A stretch of DNA of 63,694 nucleotides, the filler included, from Chrysochromulina tobinii (Eukaryota): NCBI GenBank assembly GCA_001275005.1. It is 8 parts of 8 records of this genome, joined end to end, with 100 filler letters (N's around TTAATTAATTAA, not from the genome) between each part and the next. Parts side by side here need not be neighbours in the genome. Positions count along the whole stretch, not along the records: positions 1 to 10,571 come from JWZX01000625.1; 7 more parts are not named here. One strand, 5' to 3'. Positions 1 to 10,671 of this stretch are shown here, one piece after another. The notes under the pieces are model-generated. The model was not told the origin of the DNA and made no database searches. It was given only the letters and a program-made list of their open reading frames with translations. The translations under genes were made by a program, and so were the position numbers. Each line of letters begins with the position of its first letter. Within the stretch, counting starts at the first letter, position 1.

Positions 1-493
1 CGCGGCCAGCGAGTCCCCTGCTGTCTCGGTGAGCGGCTGGCACACGCGCTCGCACACGTCCTCAGTCGTTGCATCGACGAGCAGCGCGCCTCATGAAAGG
101 TGGGGTTGGGTGGGTAGTCGCCGCAGTCCCCCACGCGGATGCAGGGGCCGCTCGCAAGTGGCACGCAAGGGCTCATGTCCGTGCGCACGACGAGCCGCGT
201 GTCGTGTGACAGCGACGCGAGCGCGAGGGAGACTCGTGTTTCACTCGAGTCATCATCGACAGCAGGATCGTGCGATATTCTGCACAGATAATGCATGCAA
301 CATTGTCGTATCTCACGAATGTGGCCCTGCCGTCGACGCCCAACTCAACCCAAATTTGCATGCAAATTTGCGCTCTTGAAATTTTTGCATGCTAAATAAG
401 TTGAGCAAACGCAATCTGACACTTCTTGGAACGCTATTGGAGTGCAGTCGCTGGCCTTCAGCTCCGCGTCCGTGTCGGTGGAGTTTTGTCAGT

Positions 494-3400
494 ATGCCCG
501 ATGACGTCGGCGACACGGTTATGACCGTGGTGCCCTCGCCAATGACCTCGCCGCTGATCTCGCCGACGTCCACCCTCGCCCCTGACCTCGCCGTCGACCC
601 GCCCTCGCCGCTGATCTCGCCGGCGCTCAAGCTCACCTCTCCGACCTCGCCGCTGATCTCGCCGGCGCTCAAGCTCACCTCTCCGATGCTCAGTCCGAGC
701 TCGCCGCCCAAGGGCTTCATCCTCCGCAGCCCGGCCTTGCTCACGGTGGAGGAGGCTGAGACCGGCCTTCGGGCGATCGAGCAGCACACGCAGGAGATGG
801 AGGCGCTGCTGCTCATCGTGCAGCGCCTGCACGAGGAGCTGCTCGCGACGCGGGCGGGCCTGCTCAAGAAGCACGAGGACCTGATCGCGCAGCAGCTCTC
901 CCATCGACGCAAGCGCCATGACGAGGATGGTCTAAGCGTGCGCAACTCGCCCAAGACCGTCCAGGTAGAGAAGGTGGAGAGCAGCACGCCCCCATCGGAT
1001 TGCATGCTGATTGCATGCTGATTGTGTCCCTCATCAGGTAGAGAAGGTGGAGAGCAGCACCGCTCCGTCCTCACCGACCAACAGCAACGGCAGTGCAGCG
1101 TTCGGTTTGACGAACCCGAATTCGGCGCGGAGCACGCCGCAAGTCAGCCCGGACCGTCCGCTGCGCGCCGCGAAGCCTCAACTGTCCACCAGCGCCATCT
1201 CGGATCTCACCTCCCGAGATCTCACCTCCCGAGATCTCACCTCCCGCAACCTCACCTCCCGAGATCTCACCTCCCGCAACCCGACGTTTGATCGGGAGGT
1301 GTACGATTGGGTGTGCGAGATCACCAAGCTGTCGGACGTGAGCACGCGCGGGTGGCGCGTGTGCTACAGCGAGCGCTTCCTTGGCTCGATCAGCGAGTAC
1401 GTGTCGGATTGCATGCTGATTGCCCTCCTCATCAGCTGATTGCCTTCCTCATCAGCGAGCGCTTCCTTGGCTCGATCAGCGAGTACGTGTCGGATTGCAT
1501 GCTGATTGCCCTCCTCATCAGCTGAATGCATGCTGACGAGAAGCGCTACGTGCTCGGCTCGGAGCTCTGATGACGTCTAATGACCTCTGATGACCGCTGA
1601 TGACCTCTGATTGCCTCCCTCATCAGGTACGAGAAGCGTTACGTCCTCGGCTCGGAGCCGTTGACGAACCCGTTGACGAACCCTGGCGGGCTGCCGCCCT
1701 CGGTCGCGCCCTCGTTGACGAACCCGTTGACGAACCCTGGCGGGCTGCCGCCCTCGGTCGCGCCCTCGTTGCGAAGAAACGTGAGCCTTGATGAGGAGGA
1801 AGATGAGGACGGGGAGGTGGACGAAGAGATGGAAGGGGACGAGCGCAAGAAGCAGGAGCGCATGGAGCGCCGTCCCGAGCGCACCATCGACCTCGGGACC
1901 GCCGCCGCGCCTCGCTCGCCCAATGCGGCCACCGAGGACGGCCCAGGTGTGCTGATTGCATGCTGATTGCATGCTGATTGCATGCTGATTGCATGTCGAT
2001 TGCATGCTGATTGCATGTCGAGTGCATGTCGAGTGCATGCTGATTGCAATGCGGCCACCGAGGACGGCCCAGGTACCCCAATCGATGGCATGCTGATTGC
2101 ATGCTGATTGCCTCCCTCATCAGGTACCCCTATCGATGGGTGGGACGGCGCCGTCGTGGCAGTGCTCGGGCTCTTCGACAAAGGGAAGACGTTCGTTCTC
2201 AACCACCTGACGGACTCGCGGCTGCCCAGCGGCAAGAAGGTGCCGATTGCATGCTGATTGCCTCCCTCATCACCTGACGGACTCGCGGCTGCCCAGCGGC
2301 AAGAAGGTGTCGATTGCATGCCGATTGCATGCTGATTGCATGACGAGTACATGCCGATTGCATGCTGATTGCATGCTGATTGCCTCCCTCATCAGGTGTC
2401 GACCAAGGGCCTCTCCTTCAAGCACGTCGACGTCGATGGCACCAAGTTCATCGTGCTCGATTCGGAAGGCTCGTATGCGCCGGTCAAGGTGCTCATTGAT
2501 TGCTAATAGCTGATTGATGGCTGATTGATTGCTGATTAATCGGAGGGCTCGTATGCGCCCGTCAAGGTGGAGAAGGAGCTCTCGGTCGTCGGATTGCATG
2601 CGGATTGCATGTGGATTGCATGTTGATTGCATGCTGATTGCATGTCGATTGCGTCCCTCATCAGGTGGAGAATGAGCTCTCGGTCATCGAGAAGGAGATC
2701 TCGGAGCGCTTCATCCAGGACGTCATCTTCGACCTATCCGACTACTTTTTGTGCGTCGTCAACGACTTCACCTCGCTGATTGCATCGGATTACCTCTGAT
2801 TGCCTCTGATTGCGATGGATTGCCACCGATCGACTGCAGGTGCGTCGTCAACGACTTCACCTCGCTCGACCAGCGCTATCTGGACCAGCTCACGCGCTCG
2901 CTCCAGAACTCAAAGAAGCATTTTCAAGAGGTGATCGTGGTGCACAACTGCAAGACGGTCATGGAGCAGGAGGTGATGGACCACATCTTCCACAGCCAGA
3001 TCTGGGCGATCATTGCATGATTGCATGCTGATTGCATGCTGATTGCGTCCCTCATCAGGTGATGGATCACATCTTCCACAGCCAGATCCTCTACGTGTAC
3101 GGCCAGGGCAAGGCGCAGACCACACGCATCGCCGCGCCCAACCCCAAGACGGGCGAGCTCGAGGCCAAGGACGTTCTCTGGTTCAAGACTGACTTCAGCC
3201 GGCATGTAATCCTCCGCCAACGAGGACTGTGATTGCATGCTGATTGCATGCTGATTGCGTCCCTCATCAAGACTGACTTCAGCCGGCATGTAATCCTCCG
3301 CCAACGAGGACTGTGATTGCATTCTGATTGCATTCTGATTGCGTCCCTCATCAGGTGATCCTCGCCAATGAGGACTGTGATTTGGGCGACCGGACCAACA

Positions 3401-5649
3401 ACTGGACCTTTGCCCTGCTCAAGAACTGGCTGCGCTCCGCCTTCGTGCCCGTCAACCGCCGCTTCTCCGTCCTGCAATCGGTGCTGCAGAGCTGCAACGG
3501 GCGGCTCTCGGCCTCGCATGCTGATTGCATGCTGATTGCATGCTGATTGCATGCCGTTGCATGCTGATTGCATGGTGGGGCGGCTCGGCCAAAGGGGCGC
3601 CATGCTGATTGCATCCGCCATGCTGATTGCATGCGGATTGCATGCTGATTGCATGCTGATTGCATCCGCCATACTCGACCAAAGGTGCGCCATGCTGTAG
3701 CATCCGCCATGCCGATTGCATCCCTCATTGCATGCAGGCGCGATGCTTCATGCTGATTGCATCCCTCATTGCATGCAGGCGCGATGCTTCGTGCTGATTG
3801 CATCCCTAATTGCATGCCGGCGCGTTGCTTCGTGCTGATTGCATCCCTCATTTCATGCAGGCGCGTTGCTTCGTGCTGATTGCATCCCTCATTGCATGCA
3901 GGCGCAATGCTTCGTCGCGGCGTGACCCAGGCCTCCCTGGCGGCGTCGGTGAACGCGCACCTTCAGAGCCTCCTCGGCCACGCCAAGGCATGCGAGTGCG
4001 TCTTCCTCGACAATACGCTCCACATGCTGAGCAACGCCGAGTTGGTCGAGCTCCATAGCTGCCCTCACTGTGGGGAACCGTCGGGGGAGCTCGAACCGAA
4101 GACGTTTGATTACCCCCCCCCCTCCCCCCCAACCTGAGGACGTCTGATTACCCCCCTCATCAGGTGGGGAGCCTTCAGGGGAGCTCGGAAGGGTGCTTGC
4201 CGCCTTCGACCATTGATTGCCATTGATTGCCATTGATTGCCGCTAATGGCCTGCCTGATTGCACCCCTCATCAGGTGCTTGCCGCCTTCGACCAGTCGAT
4301 GGAGACGATCCGCAGCGCCGTGGTGGGCAGCCCGCCCTTCTGGCTGAGGCACATTGCGTCGACGCTCGCCGCCCGGGATGTCGGCCGAGATTGCCTCGAG
4401 CGCGAGCAGGTGAGAGATCGCACCCAGATTGCATCTCCGAAGGCCCTCCTCACCCCGAGATCATGTCGCTCTTGTGCAGGCGGCGATCGCCCAGGGCGAC
4501 GCGGCAATCATCGCGTTTACGGACGCTTGGGGCGGCGAAGGCGCTGTGGTGGTAACGGTTGATGCGCCAACGGCTCTCGAGGCCATGATTGCATCCCTCA
4601 TCAGGTGGCCGAGGTAGCCATGATTGCATCCCTCATCAGGTGGCGGTCGATGCGCCAACGGCTCTCGAGGCGCGCGTGCATGCGGCCATTGACGCGGCAC
4701 GGCGCCGTCTCGAGCACTTTCTGGCGGGCAAGACTCGTCCCGATTTGGAACATGTCGAGGCGGAGGTGCTCGAGACGGCGCCTGCTGAGCTTCGATTGTC
4801 GCCCTCATTTTCCATTGATTGCCGCTAATGGCCTGCCTGATTGCACCCCTCATCAGGTGCTCGAGCGCTTCGATTGTCGGGTGGCCGAGGTAGCCATGAT
4901 TGCATCCCGACTGCCTCCCTCATTGCATGCTGATGACCCTCCCTCATTGCATGCTGATGACCCTCCCTCATTGCATGCTGATGACCCTCCCTCATTGCAT
5001 GCTGATGACCCTCTCTCATTGCATCCCGACTGCCTCCCTCATTGCATGCACTCATATGGCTGCTCTGAGTGCTTCTCTGAGTGCTTCTCTGAGTGCATCT
5101 GAGTGCCCTCCCGATTGCGCCCCTCATCAGGTGGCCCAGCGCTGCCTCACTCGCAATAAGATGGGTGCCGCGTCCGCCAACCGCTCGCTTCGCATGGAGC
5201 TTGTTCGTGGGTACAACGAGAGGATCCGAGTTGAACTTGCGGCGGCGGCCGCCACTGTTGCAGGCGCGGGCGGCGGCGGCGGCGGGGGCGGCGACGGCAG
5301 CGGCGGCGGCGGCGGCGGCGGCGGCAGCAGCGCGGCGGCGCGAGCTCGCTTCGATGCGATTCGTGACGAATTCGGGCCGTTGGTGCGCCTCTACCTGTCG
5401 CGCTGTCAGGGCGGGGCGCTGTCGTGGGCGCCATTCGTGCTGCTCCAGGAGCAGCTTCGGATGGAGCAAGTCAATGCGCGCGAGAAGCTGCTGCGAGACG
5501 ATCTCGTCGCGGGCAGATCGCTCCCGCCCGTGTCGGAGCCGGTCAAGGACGCGGTGGCGCTAGCGAGGCTCTGTGGGGAAAGCGCCGTGCCCGCCTGGCT
5601 GCGCGAAATGGGAGCCGAGCCTCGGAACGCGGCGTCGAGCCTTGGATGA
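494..5649 (+). CDS. Multi-exon P-loop GTPase (GBP/atlastin/dynamin-like superfamily) with coiled-coil, low-complexity N-terminus; about 16 exons
   Basis: Hand splicing at GT..AG (965-1037, 1397-1626, 1947-2123, 2240-2395, 2489-2664, 2751-2839, 2973-3058, 3206-3354, ~3510-3901 unresolved, 4070-4163, 4193-4274, 4410-4479, 4552-4639, 4766-4856, 4881-5130) keeps the frame. It gives VVAVLGLFDKGKT (G1), STKGL (G2), FIVLDSEG (G3) and IVVHN (G4). Start ATG 494 is assumed. Confidence 0.8.
604..1770 (+). repeat. In-frame exonic tandem repeats in the GTPase N-terminus: 42 bp x2 (~604-686), 15 bp x5 (~1203-1277), 54 bp x2 (~1660-1770)
   Basis: SPLISPALKLTSPT, (D/N)LTSR and LTNPLTNPGGLPPSVAPS units are visible at DNA and protein level. 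Confidence 0.85.
965..5130 (+). repeat. Intronic (GCATGCTGATT)n-type satellite, usually ending in a CCCTCATCAG acceptor module
   Basis: The 11-nt unit and variants fill nearly every intron of the GTPase gene and most end in ccctcatcAG. Confidence 0.9.
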
Positions 5650-6352
5650 ACGCGATGGTCTGTGTTCACAATGATAGGCCCCTAGAGGCCTGAACCAGGC
5701 CCGCATAAAGATCCCCCCGTTACCGGCACGGTACGTTGGTTAGTATGTTTGGGCACACGATCCGTGTTGGCTGTTGCGTGTGCACTGAGTTCAAAATCAG
5801 GTGCGTGGGGATAGTGTGTGAATCCATAAGATTAAGAATACAGCCTCCCCCTACCCCTTTGAGGGTTTCAAAGAACAAAGTGGCGACATCGGATCGGACG
5901 AGCCGGTTATCGGGAAGCGCGCTGCCTCCTAAAACGTGGGTTCGCGTTGCCGTTCGGTTTTGACCGCGACTTGATGTCACGTCAGGTGTGCCGGACCGTT
6001 TGCCGGTACGACAACACGGTGAGTTCGTCCCACATTACGTTTACGGTAGGGCCCGCAGGTCATCGTCAGGGGTCATCGTCGCGCACGTCCTGTCGGGTCA
6101 GGCGCGCCGTAGCTAACCACGACTATGCGGACGCTCACCGCCGAACTGCACCGCTCACACAGACTCAGACAAAAGGCTACTAACGGAGCGGCAGCGGGGC
6201 GGAGCGTGTTACTGTACCGCCATGTGTACCGCTTTACCCGACCGTCCATTGCACGGATTCAAAAGGCAGTCCGCTCGCACTCATCTGGGAAAATTTCAAA
6301 GCAGAGGGCTTCCCCGCCCACTCGGCACCTTTCCTCCCGCCTCTTGGAAGCA

Positions 6353-9300
6353 TCACCCATACGGCCCTGCACTCCATTGAGCATCCAGAGATGCCATGGT
6401 ATCCTCTGGCTGGTCGCGCATCAGCTGGACAAGCCGTCCAACATTGCTCGAGAATGTGGCAACCGCCCATTCAGATCGCATTATCAGTATCAGCTCTGCA
6501 TATAAGCGATACACGGATGCCCGCCCCCAATTCCTCGGCGGGCTGCCCTCTAAGCTGTGCGTCGTCCAGCTGTGCAGAATGGAGGCATTACACCTTGCAA
6601 ACTCGCTCACCACCTTGATGTCGTCTGTCGCGACAAATACATCTAAGCCACCACAGCGTCCCCGACACATTGAGGCCAGCCGATCGGCATATGCGCACGT
6701 TGCCAGAGGACGGGCTTCTAAATACTTGTCAGTGCGCCGGATGTGCACAGCAGCATATGCGTCCCGGCTCCAGGCCAGATCTGCAAGATATTCTCGGTGA
6801 ATGCGCGCTTCGATATCCGGTTGTACACGCAATATGAGCTTCGCAACAATACGCCATTTCTCCAAAGATGTGCCGCTCGCGCAGAGGCTCAGGCTAGAAT
6901 TTCTCCCCAGTACCTCGGCTGCTCTGTAGCACGCCCTTTCGAGTATCAGTCTGTCGTTTGAAAGCCGAAACCACTCATGGGCGCAGTGATGATGATTCCA
7001 GCCATCGACCATCAGAATGCTCGATCCGCAATTGCTGGCTGGTTGATAGAAGCAGTGTGGCTTCCCTCTGTCCTCAATTGCGCATACCATGTCGGACATC
7101 TGAAAGCCATGCCCTGTGCCCAAAGCGCCAACAGCTTGTGCCACGGCAGTGTTGACCAACGAACCAAATCCGCTGTCAGCTGCTCTATTTACAATCAGAG
7201 TCGTTTTGCATGTCAACAGCGTGTGCCGAGTGGCATCCCGGCATCCACAACTTGGGCAAATTTCTTTCGTATTCACGGCAACCGGCGTCCCTCGCCCCCA
7301 GAGCGTGCTTGTATGCCATCCCGATTTGAAGGGTACATAGGTGGCCTCAGGCCATTCGCATGTTGAGAGCCCTACGCACACTTGTCGGGGCTGACAAGGG
7401 CCAGCAGGGAACGACCCTGCACCCTTACGATCAGGCCCCTTAGGGATCCTAGGCGGACTGCCCGTCAGGCGACCATGAAGCGTGTTATTCCAGCTCCACC
7501 TCAACGTTGAGTTGGATCGCAGCTCCAGTGTATTTCTCGAGCTCAGTCTCAACGCCACTTTGCTGCTGCACTTGTGCAGCCGCATATAACCTTCGTGATC
7601 CGGCATGTTGAAAGGGTGCTTCCAGTTGTCAGTTTGGAATGGGACGTTTCGCGTGACAGACCTTCTCAGCCCATGGTTGCAGAGGTAGTTGCTGGGCTGC
7701 TGGGCGCAGTCCGGCTGCTCAACGACCACCCCGCCGACAGTAACGGACAGCATCTGACGACCCGTGCTCTTGTCCCTCCAAGATTGAACGCACGGCTGAG
7801 AAAAAGGGCAGATTTGGTCCAGGAAGTCCATTGTTGACTGCACAGTGTCGAGGCTGCCCGACGAGCGCCCACCAAAAATCACGCAACTTAAGTCACCTCG
7901 TTCATTCGATGTCGCGGCGCCGGTGGTGGTGTTGGTGTTGGGTCTTAGAGACTTGGGATACATGCGCGTCGCATGCTCGTACGTGAAGTCATCGAGTAGC
8001 TTGACCTGCGACGTGTTGAGGAACATCTGCAAAGCGCTGCTGTGCCACATGATGTCGTTGATCCGGTGCGTGTAGATGAGCGACCCCTGGTCAATGTGCC
8101 CGAGCCAGTCCTGCACGTCCCGCCGCATCCAGAAGCTCAGGCGCGTTACGAAGAAGTTGTTAGAGAAGCCATACAGCGGCCCACACAGCTGAAGCGAGAA
8201 GTTGCTGAGAAGCTCTGAGTAGGTAGGCCTCGTCGGGCTCCCATCATCGACCAACAGCCTCTCGCAAGAGTCGAGCAGCCACTTGGGCTTCAGCAACGGT
8301 CTCTTCTCGAGGTAGGAGCCTAAGAACCTGTGAAATACCTCACCGCCGAGGTCTTTCATTCCGCTCTCGTATGAGACCTGCCGGTACCCGTACTCCACGC
8401 CCTCTGCCTGGAGCTGGGTGAATATGTGGTAGTGGATGGGCGAGGCGAGGCGGCTTTCCTCATCCATTCGCATTACCCATTCATAGCCGAGCTCAGACGC
8501 AAAATCCCACAGCTTGATGGTTAAGAACCGGATCATGCTCCGGTAACCAATCGAAAACTTTGGGTACATCCTCCAGGTTGACAGGCAGGTCTCCGTCGTT
8601 GGCGAGAAGCACGGAGGGCTGCGTTCTGCAGTTGCGTTCACCCAAGGTGGCAGCGATAAGTATCTCGATTCAAGCCGCATGAACGAGATCGGCAGCTGCG
8701 GCTGCTCGTCCGAAAATGGGCTCAACACAAGCTCCTGCAACTGTGGCGAGTTGAACTTGCCAGTGTGCAGGAGGAGCGTTTCGTCCCGATGCCGCCGAAG
8801 ATAGTTGTTGACCAGCGATTCTAGTGACTGGCGAAGCTCCGCAAGGCTATCACGCCCATAGGACGAATGCTTGACCTGGGTGAGATACACGATCACGCCA
8901 CGTGCCCTCGTGCTCCGTGCATTAGAGAACAAATGCTCCAAGGTGGTCTGAACACGGGTGTCTTCCTTGGGTGCTCTGAAACGTTGAGCTCGACGTCGTG
9001 TCCGCCAGCCCGTAAGCTTGACGTCAGCTGGGGTAGAGCTCAGAGTCCCAGGGAAGTGGTCAAGTGCCGCCCCTCCTCCACCGGGTTTGATTGGAATTGG
9101 ATGGGCGTCGAGTAAAACGTCGGCTCCGCCTGACGATAACGTGGGAACTTGCAAACTCGACGAGAGATAGTAGCGGCAGCAGTACAGATGACACACCTCA
9201 GCCAAGGTTGAAGCAGGTTTTGGGTGTGTGCCTGTGCAACTGCTGGTGTGAGCCGGCTCGCAGCTTTTACAGCTGCGGCTCATACTCAGCATGTTCGAAT

Positions 9301-10534
9301 CCTGGACAACCGGTGATGGGACTTCTCCTTGATCGAATACTGGACAACTGGCGAGCCGCAACTCATAATATAACGATAGATTATGACGCAGGAGTAGGGG
9401 CTGGATCCGCGACTCCGCCCGAAACGTAATGTTGTTGAAGGCGCGCTTGCAGCGTGACATAAGGTAACTTTCGATCGTCCACGTCCCATTCTCATCGAGC
9501 AACGAGGTATTGTGCACCATGGAGAAGCCATTGAACCAGCAATCCATAATGTGCGAATGGCCTATGCCAAACTTGTCGAAGTTGGACTTTAAGAAAGTTG
9601 GGGATCCTATGGAGATGACGGGGAAGTCGTTTGTACCTAAGTTGAGGAGATGAGGCGGAGGGATTGGTGCTGCAAATATCAGGTCGGTGCGTAGGCGCAT
9701 CTTGTAAGCATAGGTCGAATCACCGGCCACGACAACATCGTTGATCATCGCGTTGCAAGCTTCCAGGTCACGCAGCTGGTAGAGTGCGCTTTGGATTCCA
9801 GGATGGGCTGTCTTTTGTCTCCGATAGGTGTAGTTGTAGGAGTGCCATCTGGCGTCAGTACTGACATAGGGAAGGCCCCGCTCTGGGCCACCCAGGCGGG
9901 TAAACATTCGATCTGGCTTGCCGTTCGGGTTCGAGGTGCGCGGCCTGAGCTTCTCGTAAATCATGGCGCTGCTGCCGTTGCCCGGGATGATCACAAAAAG
10001 GTCATATCCGCCAGAGCGCGAGAGCGGCGCGAAGATGTTGGTCTTGTACATGTCGGAGATGAACGTCGACGGACTGGCGGAGGACAGCGAGACGTTGTAC
10101 AGCATGTCACGCACACGAGTAGCTAAATGTCGATGTTTTTCACTGGCATATGCAGGAATTAATAAGACATCTTTGCCCAGGATGCCGCCCAGAGCTCGTG
10201 GCTGCCCCGTCAGACAAACTGCTGTACGACGAAGTGGAGCCGAGCCGTGTGCAAACATTGCGGTAGGCCGACCCTTTCTCCAGAACGGTGACTTGGTCAC
10301 TGAAGGAGTAGGCGGCGAGGGCGGGGTGGCGAGACCAAAAACCGGATCGAATGACTGCCACGTCGTTTGGCATCCAACGCTTGCCATCTTGTCGAAGCTG
10401 AAGAGGATAACCAGCCAGTCTCCGACTATTCCTTGCGTCCCGATTCGCATGGTGCTCTCTCCCATGAGGGACACGTGACGGATACCAGGGGGCTGAATTT
10501 CTGATCTGTGAACCGCTAGACGCGGCCTTTCCAC
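6353..10534 (-). CDS. Intronless multi-domain glycosyltransferase: unclassified GT-like domain + GT15 (KTR/MNT1 alpha-1,2-mannosyltransferase-like) + GT23 (FUT8/NodZ alpha-1,6-fucosyltransferase-like)
   Basis: 1393-aa ORF. AVCLTGQPR...MRLRTDL...DKFGIG (~10225-9380); GVIVYL, GYRSMIRF, YEWVMRMDEE, NNFFVTRLSFW, IYTHRIND (GT15, ~8910-7960); GFGS, AVHIRRTDK, VFVATDD, TFSSNVGRL (GT23, ~7200-6356). True start uncertain (first ATG 10465). Confidence 0.85.
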   Translation of the reverse strand: MERPRLAVHRSEIQPPGIRHVSLMGESTMRIGTQGIVGDWLVILFSFDKMASVGCQTTWQSFDPVFGLATPPSPPTPSVTKSPFWRKGRPTAMFAHGSAPLRRTAVCLTGQPRALGGILGKDVLLIPAYASEKHRHLATRVRDMLYNVSLSSASPSTFISDMYKTNIFAPLSRSGGYDLFVIIPGNGSSAMIYEKLRPRTSNPNGKPDRMFTRLGGPERGLPYVSTDARWHSYNYTYRRQKTAHPGIQSALYQLRDLEACNAMINDVVVAGDSTYAYKMRLRTDLIFAAPIPPPHLLNLGTNDFPVISIGSPTFLKSNFDKFGIGHSHIMDCWFNGFSMVHNTSLLDENGTWTIESYLMSRCKRAFNNITFRAESRIQPLLLRHNLSLYYELRLASCPVFDQGEVPSPVVQDSNMLSMSRSCKSCEPAHTSSCTGTHPKPASTLAEVCHLYCCRYYLSSSLQVPTLSSGGADVLLDAHPIPIKPGGGGAALDHFPGTLSSTPADVKLTGWRTRRRAQRFRAPKEDTRVQTTLEHLFSNARSTRARGVIVYLTQVKHSSYGRDSLAELRQSLESLVNNYLRRHRDETLLLHTGKFNSPQLQELVLSPFSDEQPQLPISFMRLESRYLSLPPWVNATAERSPPCFSPTTETCLSTWRMYPKFSIGYRSMIRFLTIKLWDFASELGYEWVMRMDEESRLASPIHYHIFTQLQAEGVEYGYRQVSYESGMKDLGGEVFHRFLGSYLEKRPLLKPKWLLDSCERLLVDDGSPTRPTYSELLSNFSLQLCGPLYGFSNNFFVTRLSFWMRRDVQDWLGHIDQGSLIYTHRINDIMWHSSALQMFLNTSQVKLLDDFTYEHATRMYPKSLRPNTNTTTGAATSNERGDLSCVIFGGRSSGSLDTVQSTMDFLDQICPFSQPCVQSWRDKSTGRQMLSVTVGGVVVEQPDCAQQPSNYLCNHGLRRSVTRNVPFQTDNWKHPFNMPDHEGYMRLHKCSSKVALRLSSRNTLELRSNSTLRWSWNNTLHGRLTGSPPRIPKGPDRKGAGSFPAGPCQPRQVCVGLSTCEWPEATYVPFKSGWHTSTLWGRGTPVAVNTKEICPSCGCRDATRHTLLTCKTTLIVNRAADSGFGSLVNTAVAQAVGALGTGHGFQMSDMVCAIEDRGKPHCFYQPASNCGSSILMVDGWNHHHCAHEWFRLSNDRLILERACYRAAEVLGRNSSLSLCASGTSLEKWRIVAKLILRVQPDIEARIHREYLADLAWSRDAYAAVHIRRTDKYLEARPLATCAYADRLASMCRGRCGGLDVFVATDDIKVVSEFARCNASILHSWTTHSLEGSPPRNWGRASVYRLYAELILIMRSEWAVATFSSNVGRLVQLMRDQPEDTMASLDAQWSAGPYG

Positions 10535-10571
10535 CCAAGAAACCGTTCACGCGACCTCACACATGGAGAGC

Positions 10572-10671
10572 NNNNNNNNNNNNNNNNNNNNNNNNNNNNN
10601 NNNNNNNNNNNNNNNTTAATTAATTAANNNNNNNNNNNNNNNNNNNNNNNNNNNNNNNNNNNNNNNNNNNN
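10572..10671. other. Artificial contig spacer (44 N + TTAATTAATTAA + 44 N); identical spacers at 31778-31877, 39272-39371, 41786-41885, 49798-49897, 56724-56823, 61813-61912
   Basis: Identical 100-nt all-frame-stop linker seen seven times. Confidence 0.99.

Noticed and set aside
1577..3851. Minus-strand ORFs rich in MQSACNQHAIS
   Set aside because: Antisense translation of the intronic satellite.
965..5130. CRISPR-like array (repeats alternating with gene-matching spacers)
   Set aside because: Repeats vary in length and number, the unique parts splice into one ORF at GT-AG, and there are no cas genes. These are spliceosomal introns.
5721..6008. MITE bounded by taccggca / tgccggta
   Set aside because: Only 8 bp of perfect inverted match and no evident target-site duplication.
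10572..10671. TTAATTAATTAA as a biological motif, and gene clusters spanning spacers
   Set aside because: Artificial linker. The contigs are unlinked, so the ART-channel, Skp1-LRR and DIRS loci cannot be called one island.
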